From assembly GCA_951406725.2 (NCBI GenBank), contig OX597814.1:35588001-35652000 (forward strand): DNA of 64,000 nt, written 5' to 3'. Numbering within the stretch: position 1 is the stretch's first letter; each line of letters opens with the position of its first letter. This document shows positions 12,800 through 26,341 of this stretch, in pieces. The DNA is from Octopus vulgaris (taxonomy: Eukaryota). Both the position numbers and the translations under genes were made by a program. The notes under the pieces were generated by a model. That model worked only from the letters and a program-made list of their open reading frames with translations, was not told the origin of the DNA and did no database searches.

Positions 12800-13470
12800 T
12801 ACACAGTTTGCCTGCACCTTTGGAGACATGCTGCGCTTGAGAAGACCCTGGTAGCCAAATATCGCATAATTGGCCCATTTAAAAGTACCCTTCAATCGTC
12901 AGGCAATATGCTGTGCTTGAGAAAACCTTTTGAATCAAGTGAAATCATTTTTGTGACTGATGCCCAGTGCCACTTGACTGGCATCTGTGCCAGTGGTGCA
13001 TAAAAAGCACCATTTGAATGTGGTCGATGTCAGTGCTGCCTGGTTGGCTCTCATGTCAGTGGCACATAAAAAATCACCCACTACACTCCTGGAGTGCTTG
13101 GCACTACAAGGGATTCCACTTGTAGAAAACTTGTTAGAATAGACTGGAACCTTATGCAGCCTCCTGGCTTGCCAGTCCTCAGTCATAATGTTCACCCCGT
13201 GCCAGCACGAAAAGCAGATCTTAAAGATGATGATGATGATAATATATATATATATATTGATACTTCTGGAGGTGTAAAGAATTCGTGGAACTGCCATGTA
13301 AAAGCACCCAGCCCACTCTGTAAAGTGGCTGGCATTAGGAAGGACATACAATTGTAGAAACCATGCCAAATCATACCGGAATCTGGTGCAACTCCCCTGC
13401 TTGTCAGCTCTGGTCAAACTATCCAACCTATGCCAGCATGGACAGTGGTCATTAAATGATGATGATGATT
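12800..13470 (+). mobile_element. Two tandem RTE 3' UTR/tail copies
   Basis: gcttgagaagaccc ORF end, gtggcacataaaaa-containing units, two (gat)n tails at about 13240 and 13470. Confidence 0.75.
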
Positions 13471-13552
13471 ATGATATATGCATACATATATGTCCTTGTT
13501 ATTTTTATTACTGATACACACACACACGCACACACACACACACGCACATATA

Positions 13553-14088
13553 CAGGGTGCAATGTGTAAATTTTTGCCATTTTATATTTTTAATTTCGTG
13601 CATGCACATTGTTTGCTTTGGATTTTGGTGACTACACAGTACAGTAGGGTCAGTTGGGTACTGTCTCTGAGAAAAATAACACCATGACACAATTCACCAT
13701 GCCAGAAATTTGGAAATGACATACTGTACTGCTTGGCATTCATTCTGGAAGCTCCAATATGAACATTTCAGAGTGTTTGGCTGTTAGTCTGAGGATGTAC
13801 TGAGAGTGATAAAAATCAAACATCCAGTCAACATCATAGTGTCTGGAGTGATCAACCAGACTCAGACTCAACACAGAAGCCTACATCAAGTGCCTGGAGG
13901 AGGTAGTGCTGCCCTGGGTGAAGAGGGTGACTGCTGGAAGACCCTATGTCTGGCAACAGGACTCTGCACCATGCCACACAAACAGGAGAACCCAGTCATG
14001 GCTGTCAGACAATTTCTGTGACCACATCACCCCTAACATTTGGCTACCTAACTTCCCAAACTGTATCCCCTTGATTATTATTTGTGGG
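13553..14088 (+). mobile_element. Internally deleted maT/DD37D transposon, same family as 22473-23751
   Basis: TA-cagggtgc left TIR; KHPVNIIV and LPWVKRVTAGRPYVWQQDSAPCHT...NIWLPNFPNCIPL. Confidence 0.85.
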
Positions 14089-14282
14089 AGCACTGCATCC
14101 TTCAAAACTTCCATGCTTCCTGAGATTCGCCAACACTACACCTGATTTTCTCCCCTCCATATACACGCAAGCATGTATCTGACTCATACACTGCTCACTT
14201 TCCAGGCATTTGTACATTACTGCATATGCTTTATACGCACTTTTGACAAGTTATGGTGTACCTCAGCACTATATACAATAAT

Positions 14283-14315
<33 letters not shown>
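14089..14315 (+). mobile_element. CR1/L2-type LINE 3' tail
   Basis: Ends ggtgtacctcagcactatatacaataa followed by (tta)n. Confidence 0.45.
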
Positions 14316-14317
<2 letters not shown>

Positions 14318-14379
14318 AAACAATTGATAATAATGACAATGATAATAAGGACAACAACAGGGAAGAGAAAGATGTTGCT

Positions 14380-14474
14380 GCTGTTGCTGCTGCTATTGAT
14401 AATGATGATGGTGATCATGATGATGATGATGTTGATGATGATGATAATGAGAATGACTATTACTACAGGCAGTT

Positions 14475-14553
<79 letters not shown>

Positions 14554-14565
14554 CACTACAACTAC
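14380..14565. repeat. (GAT)n and (CTA)n microsatellites
   Basis: Direct inspection. Confidence 0.9.
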
Positions 14566-14865
14566 TTATAAAATTCAGGTAGCTCTGATAATAGTGGTGG
14601 AATTGGTGGTATAGATTCCTCAGTTCTTTGTTAAATACAAATAAACATCTTCATCAGTAATTAGCTAATCATTCTACATCATTTTCTCCAATTAAGATCA
14701 ATAGCCGTTCACTATTCATTTTCTTTTTCTCAGCAAAAGCCTGTAATTATCAATTGTGTGTGATTGTTTAGTTTCATTTTTGCTCTAAAACACCTTATCA
14801 CCATCATTATTTTGCTCCTCCTCTGCTTCACCACCATCAACATCAGCATCAGTAGCACATTTATG

Positions 14866-14896
<31 letters not shown>

Positions 14897-14976
14897 CACC
14901 ACCACCACCACCGCCATCAATGAACCATCTTTAATAGAATCATTATTATGTAGTTTAAATTTTGGGGTATGTTTAT

Positions 14977-15021
<45 letters not shown>

Positions 15022-15186
15022 TACATACATATATATACATATATATATATATATGTACACATACTCACACACATACACATATATATAAATATATATACCC
15101 TCATAAATGCATCCACTTAATGTAAATATGTATGAGTATATGTATATGTGTAAGTATACATATGTAAATATACATACATAGATATA

Positions 15187-15229
<43 letters not shown>

Positions 15230-15644
15230 ATGTATATATATATATATGCACACACAAAATATTGATGATTACTATAATTGATATTATTAGGCTGGTGAAG
15301 GGCATGATTGAAGAGTGCAGCAAACAAAATCGCTTGCGGTATTTAGTTACACCCCTTTACATTCTGAATTAAATTCTAGATGAGGTCAACTTTGTTTTTG
15401 CATCCTTTATGGGTCAATGAAATAAGTAGTAATCAAGCAGTGAAACTCATTTAATCAATAATACGCATCCTAAAATTTGTGGCCTTGGGCTTCTTTTAGA
15501 AATTATTATCTATAAAATTATTCTGCTTGTCAAGACAATTGTGTGGTTTGTGTTGTGCTGAAAACAACATTTACTATGGAATGAGATCAAAGACATAATT
15601 CATATGTTTAACACAATGGGACAAATTTGAATGTGATGAGTTTA

Positions 15645-16378
15645 ATTGTTTAGTGTTTAAACCAGCCGTATCCAGCAAAATATTCCATCTGTTTTTTGTT
15701 CAAACTGATCAGATCCAGGCTCTCACTCCTACCCTACAATGTTATTCTACATTAAATAATCACATCACTGAATTATCAAAGATATGAGGAAATGCATGAT
15801 TGCCATAAATCCTCGAGTGTAATCCGTATTTTTTCCCAAAATTTAACGGTCAAAATCCCTAGTGCGTACTATATACAAGGTTAAAAATGAAAAATATTTT
15901 CTAAGCAATGTCCAAGTCTATTTGCAGTCCAGCAATGTGTATTCAGATGCATTTTGTGATGTCGGATGCGAAAATACCTTAAGCTAAGCCTGAAAGCAAT
16001 GAAGTCATAAAAGAATCATCCATAACTTGCAGTAAGCAACATTTATTAAACGTTATTACTGTTATTTCTTTATTTTCTGCAAACAAAAAGCACAAAAAAG
16101 CTACACATTTGCATTATGTTATATATACAATGATAATAAAGGATGTTACCATATACATTTTTACAAACCAAGGATGATATATAGACCTCCTTGACTCAAG
16201 TTAGAGAATGGGTGCATATTATACACAAGGTTTAGGTTTCTCAGAGGTACAGCCCCCTAAAAATCCCCTGTGTATTATACTCAAGGGCAGGCTATACTCG
16301 AGGATTTACAGTAATTCAAAACAATGTGAACCAATAAGCACTATGTTTGGTAAAATAATCTGAATAGTAAAGGGGATA
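15645..16378. mobile_element. Diverged TTAA-type MITE split by a pogo-like MITE
   Basis: Body resumes across the inner insertion (gcatgat | aattcaaaacaatgtgaa) and ends ...ctgaatagtaaagggg. Confidence 0.45.
15803..16311. mobile_element. pogo/Tigger-like MITE
   Basis: TIR ccataaatcctcgagtgta / tatactcgaggatttacag, flanked by TG (mutated TA) and TA. Confidence 0.75.
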
Positions 16379-16380
16379 AG

Positions 16381-16905
16381 TATCTAATCTATGGAAAGAA
16401 ATCAGAAACAACTGTGAACATGGTAAAACAAATTTGAGTGTTGTACTTTCAACTATGCAAGCTATGGAAAGAAATCAGAGATATAATTGAAATATTTAGC
16501 ATAATGAAATAAGTTAAAATGTTATACTTGCAATTATCTTAATTACGAAATGAAATCAAATATAATGGATGTATTTAATATAATGATACAAATTTGGATG
16601 TAGCATGTTCAACTATCTAAACTATGGAAAGAAATAAGAGACATCATTGAAACTTTAACAAAATAAAACAAGTTCAGTTGTTATACTTTCAAATACTTAA
16701 TCAATGGAAAGAAAACAGAGACATAACTGATATGATATGTTTGTGTTATGCTTTCATTTACTTAAACTACAGAAAGAATTCTTAGACATAATTGAAACTC
16801 CAACATAATCAAACATATTCAAGTGGAAATACTTGCAATCACTTAAACTTTGGATAGAAATTAAGGACGCAATATATTTAACACAATGAGAATAGTTCAG
16901 ATGCA
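16381..16905 (+). repeat. Degenerate tandem array, about 7 units of 65-81 bp
   Basis: Recurrent core tatctaaactatggaaagaaatcagagacataattgaaa...tgttatactttcaa. Confidence 0.75.
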
Positions 16906-17049
16906 ATTGTGGTATGAGGAATACAAGTGTAATTCACCTACCACACTGGTTCTCTTGTAATGTTGATCCTTTCTAGCAGTGATTTATCCATAGGAACCCT
17001 ACGCACCTAACCTCTGACCAGAACCTAATGGCAAATTCTCTCATTCATG

Positions 17050-17302
17050 TTCCCTCTTCCTTCTCGAGACATGCCAGGCTCATAAGGGCCGGTTTTCCGG
17101 TTTCAGTGGCGTAGAAATTCCCCAACTGGACGGGATGCCTGTCAATTGCAGGATTACTCATTTTTGCCAGCTGAGTGGACTGGAGCAAGGTGAAATGAAG
17201 TGTTTTGCTCAAGAACACAATGCATCGCCAGGTCCAGGAATCGAAACCACAACCTTACGATCATGAGATCAACACCCTAACCACTAAGCCATGCGCCTCC
17301 AC
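17050..17302 (-). mobile_element. SINE C full length inserted in the Gypsy 3' LTR region
   Basis: Head gtggaggcgcatggcttagtggttagggtg...ggtttcgattcc; TSD cattcatg on both sides. Confidence 0.85.
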
Positions 17303-18363
17303 ATTCATGCAGCTACCATTATCATCCTGAGCCACAGTCCCAAAGCAAAAAAGGCCACCAAAGTCCTCCACCTGCTAACATGACCTCCCTCACTCCCCTC
17401 CTTCTAGCAAGGCCCCTTTGCTATTTGCATGGTGTCACTGACACTATACTTCCAGCCCACCTCAGTCCCACATACCCTGCTGATCTCAAAGATCACCCCA
17501 ACACCTCACATCATGTCAAAATCTGCCACCCACCTGGGTGGACGTCTCACCTGCTGTGACCACTGCAGAGATGGAGCACTGCTTGCAACCTCTCCTCTTC
17601 CTTCAATGTCTGACAAATCAACAATCCTGCAGTCATCCAAGACATGATGTGTCATTTCATCCAGACACATTTTGAGAATTTACTGCCAGTACTATTCATT
17701 TTCCTCATTGAGATATGTGGTGGACATGAAGGGTTGGCCCAAACTTGATCCCCCATTGCACAAAAGCAGGCTCCCTCTCTTTCTCTCACTTTCACAGGTT
17801 GCTGCAATACTGTACATAGATGTTACTATTCATATCTGAATATCATTCTGTGTGGCATCAACACAGTCTATTTTGACTAGGGTGACATATCCACAAATAC
17901 TGCCTCATTTGGAGACATATGTCCTCCTTCCATGATACCATTTTCACTTGTCCTATATACCTCTCCGACGAAGCAGTTAATGTTCCACTTATCAAGCATT
18001 TTCTTCACCACCTCTGAAGGAAATGCAGTACCATTGTTTATCAGCAATTTATTGACAGGGCCCCACTCCAGGAATACTTCTTTCAGGATTTGTGCAACTT
18101 TATCAGCAATCCTTGTCTTCATTTCCCTCCATGTTGCCATCCACCCTGATCTCTAGTCAACAATCAAGAGATATGTCCCCTGTCAGTAGTGCATCACATC
18201 AATGCTGATAATTTCCAGTTGTGTTCCACTGGGATGTTTCCAGGCTCATGCACACTTAGAGCAGGGTTAATGGATTGCCATCTGTCATAACTTCCAACTG
18301 CTTTCTGAATGCTCTGATGAGTAATGTTGGAGTCAACTTTCCTGGCTAGGTACAGGGTCCTAT

Positions 18364-18596
18364 CTATTTCTTTACTATCCACAAGGGGCTAAACACAGAG
18401 GGGACAAACAAGGACAGACAAACGGGTTAAGTCGATTATATCGACCCCAGTGTGTAACTGGTACTTATTTAATCGACCCCAAAAGGATGAAAGGCAAAGT
18501 CGACCTCAGCAGAATTTGAACTCAGAACATAAAGACAGACGAAATACTGCTAAGCATTTCGCCCTCGTGCTAACATTTCTGCCAGCTCGCCGCCTT
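18364..18596 (-). mobile_element. SINE B inserted in the Gypsy integrase region
   Basis: Full-length copy; TSD acagggtcctat. Confidence 0.9.
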
Positions 18597-20479
18597 AACA
18601 GGGTCCTATGTACTCCCATATGATGTATGATATGCAATCTTCTTAACTACAAGTCACTTAGCTGATATGCTGCAGCTATTCTGTGCTCTGAATCCTCTGG
18701 CTCAACCAACCAGGCTTTATTCACCCTGGTTAGGCCGTCTGCCTTATTCCTTCCCAAAGCACAAAGACCATGTTCAATTTCAGAACAAGTTCTCCTAGAA
18801 TCCTTAGGTGATGCTTTATTAAAATCTTTTCCACTCCTTTCATTCATACACTCCTCTCATCAGGGATCACTGATCCCACCCATCCAAGTACAGTGGCTGA
18901 ATTGTTTCAAACCTTGATAGTACACAATCTCATCTCAGAGCCAGATTGACTCCCTTCAACACTGTATCCAATTCAGCCATGTTGATGTGTTTGCAATCAT
19001 CCATTTTCCTGAGCCAAACTATGACCTCCACTTTGACACCCCCTATTTCCAGAATGCTCCCTATCTCTATGCTGCTAACATCACATCATATAGTTCTGTT
19101 CTCTTATTTGGGCAAATACCAGCTCCCTCTTACTGGGTAGTCTGCACTTACCCTCTCTAAGATCACCCGGACCATAGCTGCTGCCCTCTCTCCCATTCTC
19201 CCACTTTCCCCAGCTTGCCCTGTCCAGTCATCTCTTGATGTAGCTATATGCTGTTTGGAACAACTTCAAAACTGGATAGTGACCCACCTGCCTCCCACAA
19301 ATTGAGAATAGTTCTCATGTGTCCACATTGGTGCCCAGTTCCAGAATCTCATTTCCCTTCGAAATTCCAATATACCCACCCTATCTTTTTGCAGCATGAA
19401 ACTTAGTGCTGCCCTTCCTACCATTACCTCCAGTGGTTTCACTGTTGGTTTGAATTTCTTTAGGTGACCTGTGACTTCTGTTGTTGACACCAGGGTCTTG
19501 TCCACTAAGATCTCATCAATATATAAATTGGTAGCCTCTTTCGCTTTGTCTACCTTTCCCAGAAAAGACTTGAGGACCATTGTGATGATCTTTGGTGCTG
19601 AATTCAGCCTGACACCTAACCTGGTCAAACAGTATGACTGGTCTGTATGTCTTATCAACTGATGCTTCAATAATTTCTCAGCCATGTATCGCTGCAGATA
19701 TGGAGACTTCAAGTTTACAGTTGTGGAACTCCTTATCATCTGCTTCAATTTTCACAAATTTTCCCTGCAGACATTAGTAACCTCACTGCCCATGCAGCAC
19801 AATGTAGAGTCACTCAGCTCTTGAAAGTCCATTACCAGCCTGACCTTATTTTTGGTGGCTGCATTAGTGGTAGCACTCTGCTCTTTACTTCTTCCTTCCA
19901 AGGGATTAAAACACCCTCCTTGATCCATCTCTCCACCTCTCCCTTGAACTTGTTCCAGGCATCTTCTTTCAGGTACGCTCATAAAAGTGTACTTTGTTAC
20001 TCAACATTCGGAGACACTCCTTTCCAGCACTACTCAACTGTTAACACTGACCATCAAACATAGTCTGAAAATCCTTGTCTATGATGGTGTACGAAGCACA
20101 GTTCTCTTCAGGGCTTCCCCACTCTCTTGTTGCAAACTCACAGAGTTTGGAACTCCAGCACCACAAAAGTAACCCTTTCTTTACAAGCTGTGACACCACC
20201 AAGGAGGTTGATCAAATCCATGCCCATTACCACATTACTCTATCCACCACATGTTCGATCACAATTGCTTGCAGCCTTATTTTTGTTCCCTGAAACACCA
20301 TCTCCACTTCACTGCTACTTCTACATCTAATCTCACTACCATCAACTGCTCTTACACTACTATATCCTGCTCCACTTTTTAACCATTTGGGGTCATTGTA
20401 CAGCCCATATCCACAAGGGCTTTTAATACATTCCACTATAGGCAGTAACTGTATGAATGCCTCTATTGACATGCAGAGG

Positions 20480-20698
20480 AAGGAGGTGAGCTGGCAGAAA
20501 CGTTAGCATGCCAGGTAAAATGCTTAGTGGTATTTCGTCTGTCTTTATGTTTTGAGTTCAAATTCTGATGTGGTCAACTTTGCTTTTCATCCTTTCAGGG
20601 TCGATAAATAAAGTGCCAGTTGTGTACTGGGGTCTATCTAATCGACTGGCCCCATCTCCAAAAATTTTGGGCCTTGTGCCTAGAGTAGAAAAGAATAT
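20480..20698 (+). mobile_element. SINE B inserted at the Gypsy gag/protease junction
   Basis: aggaggtgagctggcagaaacgttagc...cttttcatcctttcagggtcgataaa, variant tail ggccttgtgcctagagtagaaa. Confidence 0.85.
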
Positions 20699-21781
20699 TT
20701 GCTTGCAGGGAAGATAATGAGGCAGTAACTTCCCTTTGATTATTCTCCAAGCTGCAGTTACTGGCAATATGTCCTGTCCACTTGCACTAGTAGCAAATTG
20801 GTTTGAGCTTCAGCTCCCTGCAGTCACTTACCTAAAACACTGGCCCCTAAATAGTCCTGCCTGCTCCACAGAGGCTCTTCACTGCATGTTACTCATCAAT
20901 CACCATCTGGTACCATTGTCTTCTGTAGCTGCCATCACTACTGTATTCTACACAGGGTCCTGCTTGGCATTCGCATCAGAAGCTCATACACGGACATCTA
21001 GCCATCTAGCAGCTGTTGCAGCTGCTCCGATATCTCATCAGGGAAACCATTTACAAATGCTAACCACTCTGCTTTTTCCTGGCCTTCACCTGAAAATCTA
21101 GAGAGTGTGGCCAGTCTCTGAATTTCTGCCATATACATATCCACATGCTCTCCCATCCACTTTAACTTTCCTAGTTTGGTAAATGCAGCATACAAACTTT
21201 TTGTGAACACTTCCTTTGAGTGCTTTTCAATTTTCTCCACATCCAATTGGTTTGCCTCGTCCATTTCGAGGTACGGTGCCATTGTGTTTGGCTCCAAATA
21301 TAGAGCAATGAGACTGGCCATAACCTCAGTGCCTTGCAGCCTGGCCATCTCCTTGATCTTCTGAATTCAGATGAAAACGTTTCCCTAGCCAGAGAAGGGT
21401 CTGATGGCATTGCTACTGATCCTTCTTTTTGTTGACATATTATCTACAAAAGAAATCCACTCCTTGATTAGAAAAATTTACAGAGAAACACAGTGAATTT
21501 CAGGATGAAAATTCAATTTGTTGACAAATCTTTTGGAGCAAAGCTAAGCATAGTTTACTAGAATGCTGGTCATAATAACACAATAAGAACAACAACAACA
21601 ACAAAACCCCTTGTGGTGCTTGTATTTGTTGGATATGTATTTATGGGTAAAAACATTTTTATAGAACAAAATGTTATCCTTAATAGAAGCTTAACCAATA
21701 TCCTTAGGCTATCTTCCCTGTATTGAAAGCCATTATGTTATCACCATCCTACTTCAATTTCTGGCATCTGTATATACTTAC

Positions 21782-21886
21782 TTTTTCAGCAGTTACTTCA
21801 CCTTCAGTAAAGTTTTCGGAAATGAGTGGAAAAAACAGAGCCAACGCTACATGAAAGCCGGTTGATAGGAGAAACCATTTATACAT
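21782..21886 (-). CDS. Candidate first coding exon of a secreted/membrane protein (signal peptide)
   Basis: ATG at 21886; MYKWFLLSTGFHVALALFFPLISENFTEGEVTAEK (35 aa) ends exactly at a consensus phase-0 donor AA|GTAAGT; lies in non-repetitive sequence. Confidence 0.5.
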
Positions 21887-22472
21887 TATAAAGGAATCTG
21901 GATACGTATGAAAATATATATATTGAAGATATATCAAAATGGGAAATGTGTTCCTGGAATTTGGATAATTTGCAAGAAATCAGGATATTTCTTTGACATT
22001 TGTCATTTAACATTTTAGTATCATTTGTTTGGTGGCTGGTGAAGAAAAATTTCTTTCTTTCTGGAGCGGCGCCAGTAAATAAATTGTTTGTCATAGTCTG
22101 GAAACATTTTGCATTATTCTTATGTTGTTGCTATATACATACATGCACATATAAATGTGTGTGTATATATATATATATATAAATGTGTGTGTATATATAT
22201 ATATATTTATTTATATTAAGGGCATTACTATACATAAATGCCTCGCGCTAGAAGTGACTCTTAAAGTCAAAACTACGATAATAAACACATTTACCAAACA
22301 CGAGGGAATGCAACTCTCAACGCCGTTAATATAAATAAATATATTTGAAGGGAATAATTAAAAATTTTTTTCCCTTATGAGGTTTTTCACGCTAACTGCT
22401 TGATAATTTCTTATAAAGATTTTATTCTATTTTTAAATTGTATATATAAATATCAATATATATATATATATA

Positions 22473-23751
22473 CAGGGTGTGGTGAATAAACTGTCATCGA
22501 AATAATGCAAAAATGCAAATAACACAGACATCTCATTTTAACAGATATATTTACCAAAATTACAAAAAAGTATCTTGAAAGAGTAAATTTATTCAATAAA
22601 ATCATCATTGGCTTCCAACACAGCCTCCGGACAACTTCAGAATCTCCTGCAACTCTTCTGGACCATGTCCTTGTTAAGTTGGTGAATGCTGTCATAATCC
22701 TCGCCTTCAGCTCATCTTTGGTGTTACAAGAAGTTTTGTTGGTCTCTTGGTCAACTGCACCCCACTCATAATAATCAAAATGGTTAAAGTCTTGGGAGTT
22801 AGGTGGTCAGTTGTTAGGGGTGACGTGGTCACAGAAATTGTCTGACAACCATGACTGGGTTCTCCTGCTTGTGTAACATGGTGAAGAGTCCTGTTGTAAG
22901 ACATAGGGTCTTCCAGCAATCACCCTCTTTCCCCAGGGCAGCACTACCTCCTCCAGGCACTTGATGTAGGCCTCCATATTGAGTCTGAAGCCGTGTGGGA
23001 AGATGAATGGAAATATAACATCGCCATCACTAGTGATACCTTCAAACATCATGATGTTTACAGGATGTTTGGTTTTTATCACTCTCAGAACAGGTTTTGG
23101 GGACATAGCAGACCAACAGTTGTTCTGCGTGTTCACCATCTGATCCTGGCAGGAAATTTTCTCATCTGAGAAAAACCAAAGCATGTTCGGTTGGAGGAGA
23201 TGCTTGAGTTTGTTCAAAAGCTTCATAGCATGGTCTTTCTTATTATCCTTGATGGCTTGGGATAAAAATTGGCCCTTTCTCAACTTGTATGAGGAATACC
23301 AAATGTCTGCTTAAGAAACTCAGCCACTCCCATGTCCCTTGCAATGGACCTGATTGATTTGGAGGGATCGTTGTCAAAGATGGCCTAGATTTCACCAACA
23401 AATTCAGGAATTCTTTTCTCATCAGAATGATCAGAGTGAGTTTTCTGAGCTGCCATACCGTCTTAATCACAATTAAACTCATCCAGCTCTATCTGAATCC
23501 TCTGCACTGTCCTCAGATTAACACCCAAACACTCTGTAATGTTTGTAGTGTAGCTTCTGGCATAAATGGCAAGCAGTACAGCATGTTGTTTCCAAATTAC
23601 TGTCAGAATGAATTGCATCATGGTACTGTTTTTCTCCCAGATGGTGCCCAGCTGACCCTACTGTACTGAATAGTTGACAAAATCTAAAACAAAGAATGTG
23701 CATGTGCAAAATTAAAATATAAAATGGTGACAATTTACCCATCGCACCCTG
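22473..23751 (-). mobile_element. Full-length decayed maT/DD37D Tc1-mariner transposon
   Basis: TIRs cagggtgtggtgaataaactgtca / tgacaatttacccatcgcaccctg; ORF 22807-23283 WFFSDEK...KTKHPVNIMM..GITSDG...QQDSSPCYTSRRTQSWL. Confidence 0.9.
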
Positions 23752-23829
23752 TGTGTGTGTATGTGTATATATATATATATATATATGTATACACAGACAT
23801 ACACCATACATACATATAAATAAATACAT

Positions 23830-23895
<66 letters not shown>

Positions 23896-23898
<3 letters not shown>

Positions 23899-24292
23899 CA
23901 CAGGTGGGATTGTGTGGTAAGAAGCTTGCTTCCTAACCACATGGTTCTGGGTTCAGTCCCACAGCATGACACCCTGGGCAAATATCTTGTACTATAGCCT
24001 CAGGCTGACCAAAGCCTTGTGAGTGAATGTGATAAACAGAAACTGGAAGAAGCCCGTCATATATGTGTGTGTGTGTGTGTCTCTGTGTTTTTGTTTGTCC
24101 CCCACCATTGCTTGACAACTGGTGTTGGTGTTATGTCCATGTAACTTAGCAGTTCAGCAAATGTAACTGATAGAATAAGTACCAGGCTCAGGAAAAAATT
24201 AAGTGTTGAGTTCGATTCATTCGACAAAAATTTTTCGAGGCAGTGCCCCAGCATGGTCGCAGTCTAATGACTGAATCAAGTGAAAGATAAAG
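23896..24292 (+). mobile_element. SINE A full length
   Basis: Matches the family sequence. Confidence 0.85.
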
Positions 24293-24306
24293 GTATATAT
24301 ATATAT

Positions 24307-24590
24307 AATCATCATCGTTTTACGTCCGTTTTCCATGCTAGCATGGGTTGGACAGTTCGACCGGGGTCTGGGAAGCCAGGAGGCTGCACCAGTCTGAAGT
24401 CTGATCTGGCAGTGTTTCTACAGCTGGAGGCCCTTCCTAACATCAACCACTCCGTGAGTGTAGTGGGTGCTTTTTATGTGCCACCGGCACAAGTGCCAGG
24501 GAAGGCCAGAAATGCCCACGATTGTTTGGTGCTTTTTACATGCCACCAGCAGAGAAGCCAGACAAGGTGGCACTGGCATCGGCCACACAA
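24307..24590 (-). mobile_element. RTE 3' tail copy
   Basis: catcatcgttttacgtccgttttccatgctagcatgggttggac...gtagtgggtgctttttatgtgccaccggcac. Confidence 0.8.
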
Positions 24591-24594
24591 GTTT

Positions 24595-24980
24595 ACTCCT
24601 AGAGGTTTAGTCCCATTGCATGGCATCTTGGGCAATTGTCTTTTACTATAGCCCTGGTCTGACCAAAACCTTGTGTGTGGATCCGATAGCCAGAGACTGA
24701 AAGAATAACACTGAGCGCATGCACACACAAGCATGTGTGTGTGGGGGGGGGGTTTAAGTATCTCCTTCTTTGACATCATGTGGTGGTTGTAAATGTCACT
24801 GTCATACGAGCAGTACCCTTTGCTTCTAAACTTCCTTGCAAAGATATCCAGTCATGGAAAAATATTACCTTACTTGGAAACAGGAATGGGTTGTGAATAG
24901 GAAGAGCATCAAACTATAGAAAATGTGTCTTAGAAAATTCTGTATTGGAAAGTGAATGTCAAATGATAACGATGGCAATG
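24595..24980 (+). mobile_element. SINE A-head variant with long body and RTE-like tail
   Basis: SINE A 5' body, then ttgacatcatgtggtggttgtaaa...attaccttacttggaaacagg...aggaagagcatc; the same body occurs at 43530-43790 and 54650-54810(-). Confidence 0.55.
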
Positions 24981-25108
24981 CTGAAATAAAGACACAGACA
25001 CCCATACAAGCATACATACTCACATACATACATATATGTATGTGAATGATGATGATTTAGCAGAATTCGAAACCATTATTGTTATCATCATCTTCTTCCT
25101 CCTCCTCT

Positions 25109-25109
<1 letters not shown>

Positions 25110-25167
<58 letters not shown>

Positions 25168-25316
25168 GTTTTTACTGGTATTATTAATCTCAGTTTTTTA
25201 TTCAATGTTAATTCCTCATTTACTTTTCTTTTTTTATTCTTTCTTTGTATAGTCTCCAATGACTTGGGGACCTTGTTGAAAATGAAATAAATTATTTAAA
25301 GAAAATGTAGTTGTTG

Positions 25317-25356
<40 letters not shown>

Positions 25357-25380
25357 CATCATTATTATCATTATTATTAT
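25110..25380. repeat. (ATT)n microsatellites
   Basis: Direct inspection. Confidence 0.9.
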
Positions 25381-26341
25381 TAGAGCTATCATACTTTAAT
25401 CTGCACTTTTTTTTCACTTTTTTCCTGATAAATCTCGACATTTCTGATTATATGCCACGAAATATTCAGCAATCTGTTCTCCGAAAGATGGTTTATCAAG
25501 CAATTTGTCATACGATAACAAGAATCAAATTAATTAAAAGTAATATTTTCAATAAACAGGATATGATGGTGTGGAGTTAGATGTGGGGGAGGGGATTAAA
25601 GAAATAAAAGTCCCCCACCAAACCATGAACCAACAAGCCAGCCAACCAACCAATAAATTAAACAAATATATAAAAAAAACGAAAAATATATTAAAGTTGA
25701 TTAATTGAAATTTATATTGTAATTTTTTTCAGAATTTTAATTTTTTTTTATTTTTCCTTCTCACATAATTATTATCACCACTCCCTCGTGTTATTTCTAT
25801 TTTCTTGTAATCATTCATTCAAACATTTCTTAACAAAAACATGACTTTTTTAAAATGGTGACTTGTGTATTTCTGACATCACAACTAACTGAAAATAAAT
25901 ACTCAATCAATCCTAAGACTATTTGTCATTTAAAAACCACACCTGCTTCTAAATATCTTCAGTGATTTCAGATGATTTATTGTTAATAATATTACAATGT
26001 TTTGGACTATTAGCCTCTTGTTCAAAGATGAAAATATTTTGAAATGTATTTATACCTATGCAATGTTCCAATTTGTTCAACCTATGATCTTTATCAGGTA
26101 TCTTATTCATGGGTAAGCACATAGTCTCCAGATTGGTTTCCAACTTGGAATATTTATTTTCACACATAAAGTAATAAAGACCCTGGTTTATTAGGCACCA
26201 GACACATGTAATGTAATGAAATGCTGCTGTCGTAAGTCTAAGAATATATTTTTACACCTTCCAATATTGTTGAGGATAAACTTTAAGGATTCTAAGTCTA
26301 ATTTGAGAAGGATCTATATAGAAAAACATTTTTTCTATATA

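Larger units (their letters stand above)
16908..21440 (-). mobile_element. Decayed Ty3/Gypsy LTR retrotransposon (gag-PR-RT-RH-IN)
   Basis: gag (ORF 20998-21348, AFVNGFPDEISEQL; knuckle CY*CKWTGHIASNC near 20750-20800); RT (KVRLVMDFQEL, NLKSPYLQ, YCLTRLG..LNSAPKI, YIDEILVD); integrase (WGPVNKLLINNGTAF..YRTSENGIME) downstream of RT; purine tract then TGTTAG at 17380 marks a probable 3' LTR; many stops and frameshifts. Confidence 0.88.
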
